A stretch of 64,000 nucleotides of DNA from Halarcobacter sp. (GTDB taxonomy: Bacteria > Campylobacterota > Campylobacteria > Campylobacterales > Arcobacteraceae), in the NCBI GenBank assembly GCA_963676565.1, contig OY781089.1:2336001-2400000 (forward strand). The letters are read 5' to 3'. Of this stretch, positions 18,942 through 27,788 are shown in pieces. The translations under genes and the position numbers were made by a program. Numbering within the stretch: the stretch's first letter is position 1; each line of letters opens with the position of its first letter. The notes under the pieces were generated by a model. It ran no database searches. It was not told the origin of the DNA and saw nothing but the letters and a program-made list of their open reading frames with translations.

Positions 18942-20810
18942 TTATCCTCTAAATCTTAATTTATCAGGTTTAATACCAAGCTTTGAAATATTACTTTCAA
19001 GCTCTAGAGTAAATTTATCATCACTTATATTTGGAGAATACACAGTAATATACTCACACTCTTTTTTATCTTTTAAAGCATCTACTAATTCATCAGATGT
19101 TATATCTCCAAGAATAAAGGCTACATTTGACGCAAGATAAAGCTTATCTATTATAAGTTCTTCATGTTTTATACTAAAAGGTAATGCTTCTGCAACAAAT
19201 AGATTATAAAGTATCTCTTCATTAGATTCTATATCAGGTTTTTCCATCATAGCTAACAAATCATCTTGACTTACTTCTTCTAGTGATTTTTGGTAGATTT
19301 TTTGTTTTTGATCTTCTACAATTTCAAAAATTCTAAAACCAATATCTCCATCATTCACTTTATTTCCAGCTCGCATTAACCTTTCTGCTGTAATTTCAAA
19401 AATATTAATAGGTTTATTGAGCTTAGTTAAAAAGTCAATTCTTTTCTTTATAGCTTCTTTTTCTTTTTGAGTCAATCCTGTTGTGTATTCTATTTTTTCA
19501 TCTAGTTGAACTAATATAAATTTTACTTTTTCATCTTTACTAAAAACTGCATGACCTGTTGAGCCAGAACCTGCGAAAAAATCTAAAACAATATCATTGT
19601 CTTTTACATTTGCTATATCTATTAAGTTCTTTATTAATTTAGTTGGTTTTGGGTTTGTAAAAATACCTTTTTCATTTTCAAAAAGTTCTGCAAGTTCATC
19701 TGTAGCCTCTTGATTATTTCCAAATTTATCATGAGCCCACCAGTTTGTAGCACATTGTCCTTCTTGTTCTCTCTCAAATTTAAAATACTTTTTTCTAGGA
19801 AAACCATCACCGTTTTTTGTAAAAATTATTCTATTATCATTTTTTAATTCCAAAAATGTTTTTTCTTCTCCCATCCATGTTTCATTAAATTTTTTTCCTG
19901 TAGGACTTTCAATTATATATTTACTACCATCTTGTCCTTCCCCTGCTTTCCAAGGCTTAGAAGCCCATTCACCTCTAGGATCATTGTCTGGATTTGAAAA
20001 TGTACCTGTAAGACCTATTTTACCTACACCAGATTTTTTATATTCCTCTTTATCTTTTGAATACACTAAAATATGTTCTGTAACCAATGCAATCATTTTG
20101 TTTTTATCATTTGGCTGATTAGAACGTCTTCTCCAATGAATATGACCTTCAAAGTTATCTCCACCAAACACTTCATCACAAAGTAATTTAAGTTGAGCAA
20201 CTTCATTATCATCAATTGATATAAAAATTACACCATTATCTTTTAACAAGTCTTTTGCAAGCAAAAGTCTAGGATACATAAAACTAAGCCATCCACTATG
20301 AGTTTTTGCTCCTTGGATATTTTCTATATAATCTATATACTCTTTATCATAACCAAGTTCTTCAAGTGTTTGCTCAGTTGAAGTAGTAAAGTCATCATTG
20401 TAAACAAAACCATCATTTTTAGTGTTATAAGGTGGATCAATATATATCATTTTAATAGATTCAAAGTAGTTTTGACGAAGTATTTTTAAAGCATCAAGGT
20501 TATCACCTTTAATAAGAATATTTTCTGTTTCATTCCAGTTTTTTGAATCACCTTTTAAAGGCTTTAATACTTTATAGTTTTTTTCAAATGCCTTATGATA
20601 AGCCTCTTTTTTACCAACCCAGTTAAGACCATAGCCATCTTCTCTTATTTCTGCTTTTGAAGGGTCTAGACTCATCTGCAATTTTTGAGGGTCAATAACA
20701 TATTTACCATTTTCATCTACAGTTACGGCATGAGGAAACTGTTTTTTTAATAACTCATAATTTATATCATTTATACTTTGTTCTTTTATAACATTAATTT
20801 TTTTATGCAT
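18942..20810 (-). CDS. mod: Type III RM adenine methyltransferase Mod
   Basis: GDNLDALK, IYIDPPYNT, HSGWLSFMYPRL, LDFFAGSGSTG; 3 bp upstream of res. Confidence 0.93.
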   Translation of the reverse strand: MHKKINVIKEQSINDINYELLKKQFPHAVTVDENGKYVIDPQKLQMSLDPSKAEIREDGYGLNWVGKKEAYHKAFEKNYKVLKPLKGDSKNWNETENILIKGDNLDALKILRQNYFESIKMIYIDPPYNTKNDGFVYNDDFTTSTEQTLEELGYDKEYIDYIENIQGAKTHSGWLSFMYPRLLLAKDLLKDNGVIFISIDDNEVAQLKLLCDEVFGGDNFEGHIHWRRRSNQPNDKNKMIALVTEHILVYSKDKEEYKKSGVGKIGLTGTFSNPDNDPRGEWASKPWKAGEGQDGSKYIIESPTGKKFNETWMGEEKTFLELKNDNRIIFTKNGDGFPRKKYFKFEREQEGQCATNWWAHDKFGNNQEATDELAELFENEKGIFTNPKPTKLIKNLIDIANVKDNDIVLDFFAGSGSTGHAVFSKDEKVKFILVQLDEKIEYTTGLTQKEKEAIKKRIDFLTKLNKPINIFEITAERLMRAGNKVNDGDIGFRIFEIVEDQKQKIYQKSLEEVSQDDLLAMMEKPDIESNEEILYNLFVAEALPFSIKHEELIIDKLYLASNVAFILGDITSDELVDALKDKKECEYITVYSPNISDDKFTLELESNISKLGIKPDKLRFRG

Positions 20811-20868
20811 TAATTTTCTTACCTTATATTAAAGTTGATATTGTATTAAAATTCTTGTTATGAGATGA

Positions 20869-21774
20869 TTATAATAAAGCTAATTTATCCATATGTTTGT
20901 TTAAATTAAGTAGAACATCATAAATTTCTTTTGCACAAGAACTATAATCATTTGATTTAATAATTGGTAAACTATTTTCTATTCCTTTAGCTGAATTTCT
21001 AATAGTTATTTTTGTATTTGAATGTGTATCAGACCAAAAAACAACAACTAAAGGAACATCTAAAAGTTTACAAAAATCATCAAGAACACTAAATCTAGTT
21101 GAATCTGCCGTATATTTTTGGATAGACTCTTCCTCTAAGATTCTTCCTTGTGTATCAGACTTATATTCTAAAATAGCTTGAACATTATAGTTTTCATCCA
21201 TTAGAATACCATCAGCATCGCCAGGGAAAGCTATTTTCCATTGATCTCTTGGGATATTTGCCAAGTAATATTCTAATCTTGTAGGAATAAATGTAACTGG
21301 TTTTCGTGTAGCTCTTTTTTCATAATTTTTCAACAGAACTCTTAAACCATCAACATTAATTCTTTTTACTTTTTTTTCTATGTTAATTTTGGGGAATAAT
21401 ATTATTTCCTTCTTTAAAGCATCTTCATCATCTTTTGGATAATTATATGGAGTAAAAACACAAGATAGATCACATTCAAGTTTTTTACTAAATTTTCTAG
21501 CAATATTAAAATCTACTTCTTTATCCATTTCATCAAATAAAATTCGTGCTAAGTCAGCCAACTCTGTATCCTTGACAAGTTCTTGATTATATTCACGACA
21601 ATATAATAATAAAGTTACTCTATTTCCATTTTTAGGAATAACATATCCATCAAAACCAATTATTTTATGCGTTGAATTAATTATTCTCTCCAGTTCTAGT
21701 ATTAAGTTACCTTTAGCAGGTTTTCTTTTATATTTTCTATTATCATGTTCTCTTGTTATTCTTTCATAAAGCAT
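20869..21774 (-). CDS. Putative PD-(D/E)XK nuclease
   Basis: PGDADGIL...AILEYKSD motif; lies inside the defence array. Confidence 0.5.
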   Translation of the reverse strand: MLYERITREHDNRKYKRKPAKGNLILELERIINSTHKIIGFDGYVIPKNGNRVTLLLYCREYNQELVKDTELADLARILFDEMDKEVDFNIARKFSKKLECDLSCVFTPYNYPKDDEDALKKEIILFPKINIEKKVKRINVDGLRVLLKNYEKRATRKPVTFIPTRLEYYLANIPRDQWKIAFPGDADGILMDENYNVQAILEYKSDTQGRILEEESIQKYTADSTRFSVLDDFCKLLDVPLVVVFWSDTHSNTKITIRNSAKGIENSLPIIKSNDYSSCAKEIYDVLLNLNKHMDKLALL

Positions 21775-21791
21775 ATTAAACTTTAACTCCC

Positions 21792-24700
21792 TTATTTGAA
21801 ATATTTATAGCTTCTTTTGTCAAAGGCAGGTCTTGTACCTTCTAAGATATCAACTATACACTGATTGATTTCAGAATCTTCTATAGCTCCACTTTTAACA
21901 GTAAATCTATTATTATCTTGTTTATCAATACTTGCATAAATAATTTGTTCAGCATCTGCAACAACTGCTAGATTGGGATTATGAGTTACCATAATAATCT
22001 GCCGCCTTTTTTTAGCTAACTTTATAAATTTAACAACAATTTTATATACACTCTGATTATCTAAATTATCTTCTGGTTGATCTATAATTAATGGGATTTC
22101 TTCCTTATCAAGCATTAGATAAAATACTAATAGTAATGCACCTTTTTCGCCAGGAGATAACTCAACAAGATTTTTATTATCTAGTTTTAACTCGTAATTA
22201 GGAAGTAGGTAATCTAAATTAAAAAGATACGAATAAAAAGTCTCAATATTATCTACTTGATCAACAATTATTCTAGCTTCACCTTCTCTATCTTCTCTTT
22301 TATCAACTTCTAGATAAGTAATAAGCTCTTCTAGAATATCTTTAAAGTCTTCTTTTAAATCTAGATTCTTTGTTTCTATAATTTCTCTAAGTTTTACTTT
22401 ACCTTCTTCTGAACCATAAAAACTTCCCATTTTGTTTTGCTTAATAAATTTAAAAAAGTCTATCTCAAAACTATTAAGCTTATAAGTTGCATCAATTGCG
22501 ATATTATAATTTGACAGTAATTCTGTATATTGATTTAATGTTATATCAATAGTTTCCTTTAATGATTTAAAGACTTCAACTATTTCGAACTTTTTATCAT
22601 ATATCTCAAGAGATAAGTTAATCCTTTCTTCTCTTTTTTGATTTAAATCACTATCTAAGTCATTTTCAATATATTTTAATTTACCTCTATAATATTTTAA
22701 TGTACCAGTTGTTTCTTCATCACCAATAATTTCTTTACTCTTTTCTTTCCAACTATTAAATTCAGATAGATATTTTCTATACTCCTGTTCTGGTTTAGAT
22801 AACTCTTTTTCTGTAATTGTGATGAACTCTTTTATATTTTCAATATCAACTTTTAATCCTGTTCTTTGATTTTCACTCTCTGATAATATTTCTTTTTTTA
22901 GTCTCGATACCTCTTCATTTTTTGTTTTTATAGTTTCATCAATTTTTGATAAATCACTGTTAATTTTTAGTAAAGCATCAAATTCAAGTGTATACTTATC
23001 TAATAACTCTTGTTTTGATTGCCTAAATTCATTAATTGAAGTAATTAGTCTTTCAAAATCACTCTTTAATGTATTAAGTTCTGAGACTTCTATTAGTCGT
23101 ATCTTAATAGTTTGTTCATAAGATTTTAATATATTTTCTTTTTGTTCTAACTCAGCTTTTTTTTCATTAACACTTTTTATTAATTTTTCTTGTTCTTCAT
23201 CAACTTCACCAGATTGTGAAGGATTAGCTATTTTAATAGGTCTATTTTTTTTATGGTCGAAAAGCTCTTTAAATTTTAATTCATAATTATTTTGTAGAAA
23301 TTCTTTAAAGGATGATAGCTTATGATTTTCTAATTTAATAATCTCTTGATTTATGTTACTTATTTTAGGGATAATTGTTTTAATATCTTCGTTAATGATG
23401 TTAGTTTTTATATCAATTAATTCATCAAAACTATCAGTTCCAAGCTTTTGTTCATCTGGTAAATGTGAAAAAACAACTTTTTTTAAAGCTTTTTCAAATC
23501 CTTCACCTTCTAAATCATTACAAAGCTCTTCAAAATAGTTTTGTGGTAAATATCGTACTCTTTCAGGTCCATTAATATCTGAATTATCGTTTAAGTTAGA
23601 AATAGTTTGCTCTCCAGATTCATAATGTAATGTAGCATTAAAGTTTTCAGCTAACTTTTTCTTTTTAAATTTTCTAGTATTTAAAAAACTAAAGTGATTC
23701 TCTTTGTGACTATTTCCTAGAAGTGCAATAATATCAGACAAAGCACTTTTACCACTTCCTTTATTCCCAATAATTGCTACAAGTTCATTATTTAATTTGA
23801 GGCTTATATCATCAAACCAAATTCCTTTAGAACCATTATAAGTAGCAGTTTTATCTATATTAAGTTCTTTAACATACTTTGTTCTATTATCTTTTACTCT
23901 TTTTAAAACCTCAGGTTCTTCTCCTATAAAAACCCTTTCTTCATATTCATGTATTACTTGCTTTAATCCTTCAAATGTTGGATTCGCTTTAATCCATGTT
24001 AGTGTATTCCCAAGTTTATCTTTATTATCTGATGAACTAAATGAGTGAGCATCACTACAATCTAATAAATATGAATTAACACCCTCATTTTTTAACTTTT
24101 CCTTACTTTTCTCATAGTTTTCTTTACTATCTGTTGAAATAAAAACGAAGTTTGCCTCATTTATTATTGTTTTTTTATCAGTTACTGATCCAGTCCATCT
24201 CATTGCATCCCATTCTGTTTTCCCAACTGCTAACAAAAATTTATCTTTAAAGTAATGAGATTCTAATGCTTTTTTTACTTGATCGTAACTATGAGTAAAA
24301 TTACTAAATCCAACTTTTAAATCTGAACCACTTATTGATACAGTTGCACTTTTTTTGATTTTTTTTCCTAAATCAGATAAAGATTCTTTTGTAATTACTC
24401 CAAAGAACGAGATACTATCTTGATTAAATTCATCAATTGGAGAAAGTGTATAGTTAACTTGTATAGCATTTAAAAATTGACTTTCTATTGTTTCTGCACT
24501 TATTTCATCTGAAAAAATTATATGTAAATTTACTCGCTTCCAAGCTTTATCATCTAGATTACCATACTTATCAATACGAAGTTCAACTACTGGCAGAAAT
24601 AAATCTATATTAGACATCCTTCCTTGACTTTTATATTTCAAAACTTCTTTGTAACCATCCAAAAAAATATAATCATTAATGCCAAGTACTTTTATATCTT

Positions 24701-24836
24701 CAGGTAAACTTTCAATGTCATGAACAAAATTTTCCCAAGCATCACTTGTATCTCCACCATAATGCTGTTCGATTGATTTTGGCGTGTGAACGTGTAAATC
24801 CCATTTTCTCCACTCTGAACCTCTACTAAAACTCAT
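21792..24836 (-). CDS. PHP-domain/ABC-type ATPase fusion (TrlF-like; Ppl-type anti-phage protein)
   Basis: GSEWRKWDLHVHTP, CSDAH, TWIKANPTFEGL, Walker A GNKGSGKS, LSPGEK, IIDQPEDNLDN, VTHNPN. Confidence 0.85.
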   Translation of the reverse strand: MSFSRGSEWRKWDLHVHTPKSIEQHYGGDTSDAWENFVHDIESLPEDIKVLGINDYIFLDGYKEVLKYKSQGRMSNIDLFLPVVELRIDKYGNLDDKAWKRVNLHIIFSDEISAETIESQFLNAIQVNYTLSPIDEFNQDSISFFGVITKESLSDLGKKIKKSATVSISGSDLKVGFSNFTHSYDQVKKALESHYFKDKFLLAVGKTEWDAMRWTGSVTDKKTIINEANFVFISTDSKENYEKSKEKLKNEGVNSYLLDCSDAHSFSSSDNKDKLGNTLTWIKANPTFEGLKQVIHEYEERVFIGEEPEVLKRVKDNRTKYVKELNIDKTATYNGSKGIWFDDISLKLNNELVAIIGNKGSGKSALSDIIALLGNSHKENHFSFLNTRKFKKKKLAENFNATLHYESGEQTISNLNDNSDINGPERVRYLPQNYFEELCNDLEGEGFEKALKKVVFSHLPDEQKLGTDSFDELIDIKTNIINEDIKTIIPKISNINQEIIKLENHKLSSFKEFLQNNYELKFKELFDHKKNRPIKIANPSQSGEVDEEQEKLIKSVNEKKAELEQKENILKSYEQTIKIRLIEVSELNTLKSDFERLITSINEFRQSKQELLDKYTLEFDALLKINSDLSKIDETIKTKNEEVSRLKKEILSESENQRTGLKVDIENIKEFITITEKELSKPEQEYRKYLSEFNSWKEKSKEIIGDEETTGTLKYYRGKLKYIENDLDSDLNQKREERINLSLEIYDKKFEIVEVFKSLKETIDITLNQYTELLSNYNIAIDATYKLNSFEIDFFKFIKQNKMGSFYGSEEGKVKLREIIETKNLDLKEDFKDILEELITYLEVDKREDREGEARIIVDQVDNIETFYSYLFNLDYLLPNYELKLDNKNLVELSPGEKGALLLVFYLMLDKEEIPLIIDQPEDNLDNQSVYKIVVKFIKLAKKRRQIIMVTHNPNLAVVADAEQIIYASIDKQDNNRFTVKSGAIEDSEINQCIVDILEGTRPAFDKRSYKYFK

Positions 24837-24839
24837 TGT

Positions 24840-26855
24840 CTATTCTCCTAAACTTTTTTTATCTTCTAACACATCCATCATAGAACCATCTACTAAAACC
24901 GTATCTAACTCTTTTTTAGGTTTAATATTTGACACTTTCTTTAACATGGTTACTTGACTTATCAAATTACCACGCCCACCACTAAGCTTTTTAAATGCTT
25001 CATCATAGTTAGTTCTAGCAGTTTCAAGTCCTTTATCTACTTTCTTTAAATCATCTATAAATCCATGGAACTTTTTATATAGTTCTTCTGCCCTTTTATA
25101 CACATCTGCAATATTCTGTGCTTGTCTTTCATATCTCCACGTATTTTCAACTGCTCTTAATGCTACAAGAAGTGTAGTAGGACTAACTAATATAATCTTT
25201 TGTTTAAAGGCTTCATCGTATAAATTAACATCATTATCTAGTGCTAAAAGTAAAGCTCCTTCTATTGGCACAAACATAAATATAAAGTCTAAACTATTTA
25301 CATTTTGTAAATCTTCATACTTTTTATTTGCAAGCCCTTTGATATGATCTTTTACAGATTTAATATGATTCTTAAGATATATTTGTTTAAGACTATCATC
25401 TTCTTCTGCCATATAATCATTATAAGCTGTAAGTGATGTCTTCGCATCTATAATAATATGTCTATTGTCAGGTAAATACACAATTACATCAGGTCTGAAA
25501 GGTTTATTTTCATCATCTTTTAAACTAACTTCTCTTTTAAATTCATGTCCTTCTCTTAGCCCTGAACTCTCAAGTACTTTTTCAAGTACCATTTCACCCC
25601 ATTTACCTTGCTTCTTACTATCACTTCTTAGTGCATTTGTAAGGTTATGAGCTTCTGCACTCATTTTTTGATTTAGTTCTTTTAGTGTTTTTAGTTCTGC
25701 AGAAAGTAGACTTCTATCTTTTGCTTCTTTATCATATACATCTTCAACTTTCTTTTTAAAATCTATAAGCTGTGCTTTCATAGGATTTAAAATTAACCCT
25801 AAATCTTTTTGATTTTGTTCACTAAATTTTTTACTATTATCAGTGAAAATTTTGGTTGCTACATTTTCAAATTCCAGTTTTAATTTTTCTTCACTATTAT
25901 GTAATATTTGTAATTTCTCTTCTATAGCTTTTTTTTGTTCTTCAAGTTGAGTTTGCAATTGAGATATAGTAGCATTATCTTTAGTTACTTGAACTTGTAA
26001 CTCTTTTTTATCATCTGTTAATGTATTAATTGTTTGTTTTAGATCACTGATATATGATTCTTTATCAGATAATATTTTTTTAGTATTTTGTACACTTTCA
26101 TTTACTTTTGTTTCTAATTCAGATATCTCTGATTTATATTTCTTTATCTGTTCGTTATAATCTGAATTAGTTGATTTTAAAGTTTGACTTTCATCTTTTA
26201 ACTCTTCAATTCTTTTATTTAAAGAAGTAGACAGTTCTGTATTTTTTTCTTTTTGCTCTTCAAATGAAGTTTTATATTTTGATAAGTCTTCTTTTAATTG
26301 TCCTATTTCTAAAGACTTACTTTCATTTAACTCTTTCAACTGTATATTTTCATTTTTTAACTCTTCAATTCGTTTATTCAAAGAGCTAGATAACTCAATA
26401 TTCTTTTCTTTTTGTTCTTCAAACGAAGTTCTATATTTTGATAAATTTTCTTTCAATTGCCCTATCTCTAAAGACTTATTTTCCTCAGAATCTTTTAACT
26501 GTATATTTTCATTTTTTAAATCATCAATTCTTTCAGTTTGTGACTTTTCAAAGGCATTATATTTATTTATCTGCTCATCGAGTAAAGCTTTTGTTTTTGT
26601 CAAATCTTCTTTAAATTGATTTGATTCTTGCTTTTTTTCCTCTAGCTGTTTAGAAGATTCATTGTATAAATCTTTTATATTATTAGCGTTATTAAGACTC
26701 ACAGTTAACTCTGAGTTTTTTATCTCTAAATTTTGTCTATCATTTGATAAATCTTTAATCTCAGTATTCTTATCTTTAACTGTTTTATAAAATAATAATC
26801 CTCCTATAACTAATATAGCTGAAAACAATGCTACCAGTACTTCAAAGTTTTCCAT
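24840..26855 (-). CDS. rmuC: RmuC family protein with N-terminal TM and expanded coiled coil
   Basis: QGKWGEMVLE, RPDVIVYLP, IIDAK, FMFVPIE, SPTTLLVALR, GGRGNL. Confidence 0.85.
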   Translation of the reverse strand: MENFEVLVALFSAILVIGGLLFYKTVKDKNTEIKDLSNDRQNLEIKNSELTVSLNNANNIKDLYNESSKQLEEKKQESNQFKEDLTKTKALLDEQINKYNAFEKSQTERIDDLKNENIQLKDSEENKSLEIGQLKENLSKYRTSFEEQKEKNIELSSSLNKRIEELKNENIQLKELNESKSLEIGQLKEDLSKYKTSFEEQKEKNTELSTSLNKRIEELKDESQTLKSTNSDYNEQIKKYKSEISELETKVNESVQNTKKILSDKESYISDLKQTINTLTDDKKELQVQVTKDNATISQLQTQLEEQKKAIEEKLQILHNSEEKLKLEFENVATKIFTDNSKKFSEQNQKDLGLILNPMKAQLIDFKKKVEDVYDKEAKDRSLLSAELKTLKELNQKMSAEAHNLTNALRSDSKKQGKWGEMVLEKVLESSGLREGHEFKREVSLKDDENKPFRPDVIVYLPDNRHIIIDAKTSLTAYNDYMAEEDDSLKQIYLKNHIKSVKDHIKGLANKKYEDLQNVNSLDFIFMFVPIEGALLLALDNDVNLYDEAFKQKIILVSPTTLLVALRAVENTWRYERQAQNIADVYKRAEELYKKFHGFIDDLKKVDKGLETARTNYDEAFKKLSGGRGNLISQVTMLKKVSNIKPKKELDTVLVDGSMMDVLEDKKSLGE
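26195..26530 (-). repeat. 159-bp (53-aa) tandem repeat inside rmuC, just over two copies
   Basis: RIDDLKNENIQLK...SLEIGQLKENLSKYRTSFEEQKEKN / RIEELKNENIQLK...SLEIGQLKEDLSKYKTSFEEQKEKN; anchors at 26202, 26361, 26520. Confidence 0.85.
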
Positions 26856-26890
26856 TAATATCTCCTAATTATAAATTATCACATTATATT

Positions 26891-26924
26891 TTAAGTAAGT
26901 CACCTAGTTAGGTGACTTACTTAA
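26891..26924. repeat. 16-bp perfect inverted repeat with 2-nt spacer at the jetD/rmuC junction
   Basis: TTAAGTAAGTCACCTA-GT-TAGGTGACTTACTTAA. Confidence 0.85.
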
Positions 26925-27788
26925 GTATTCTTGTTCAAGTGTGATTTTTCGATTTTTTATAAAATCTATAAGTTCCTTTAATTTTACATCATTTTTTGAG
27001 TCAATATTTAAATATCTTGTTTGGTTGGAATAGTCTTTTTTATAATTCTTTTCTACCATTATTTTATAAATATTTTCAGGAATCAAAAAAGAATGTGATC
27101 TGCAATGTCTAAGCCTAGGTAATATAGAGTTAAGATAAATATTTATACCCGCTAAATCAAAATCACCAAAATGAATATACTCTCCTTTAAAGGACTCCAG
27201 CCATTTGTATTGGAAGGAAGTCTTAAATTCACTAAGAGACAAAAATATATATTGTTTATCTTGATTAAAAAGGTGTCTATATCTATTTATAAACCAAACA
27301 ACTTGAGGATTTTCTACACCTACTAAAACAATATCATTATCCAATTCTAATTTAGTACTATAATGCATAAATAAGCCTGTACCTTCTATAGGATAGATAT
27401 ATTGTTTTACTCCATTTAAAGTAACTTCTATCTTCTCAAATACACTAATCATAAGTCCGTTAAAGCTTTTTGATTCTATTCTTTTAGTATCTGAGAATTT
27501 TTCAGCGACTTCATCACGACTTTTTGATTTTTCACTTTCTTCAATAAAATAGTCTATATCTTCTATACAATTAATGTTATAACCATTTGATTTTAGAACT
27601 GCAAATAAAGTATTTATATCTTTTAAATACATACATTGTGGCTTTCCATCTATATCTATTGCATTACACTCTTTAAGTGAATTTATAAGTTTTTGAGAAG
27701 ATATCTCTTTTTTTAATATATATTCATCTTTTAAAAGTTTTTTTAGTGCTTCAAAATTTCTTGTATTAATATTTATAGCCATTACCAT
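26904..27788 (-). CDS. jetD: Wadjet JetD/MksG-like Toprim nuclease
   Basis: VGVENP, YIHFGDFDLAGINIY and LEQE Toprim-like motifs; follows the SMC gene. Confidence 0.75.
   Translation of the reverse strand: MVMAININTRNFEALKKLLKDEYILKKEISSQKLINSLKECNAIDIDGKPQCMYLKDINTLFAVLKSNGYNINCIEDIDYFIEESEKSKSRDEVAEKFSDTKRIESKSFNGLMISVFEKIEVTLNGVKQYIYPIEGTGLFMHYSTKLELDNDIVLVGVENPQVVWFINRYRHLFNQDKQYIFLSLSEFKTSFQYKWLESFKGEYIHFGDFDLAGINIYLNSILPRLRHCRSHSFLIPENIYKIMVEKNYKKDYSNQTRYLNIDSKNDVKLKELIDFIKNRKITLEQEYLSKSPN

Noticed and set aside
18942..20810. Phase-variable mod (phasevarion)
   Set aside because: No simple-sequence repeat or long G/C tract seen in or before mod
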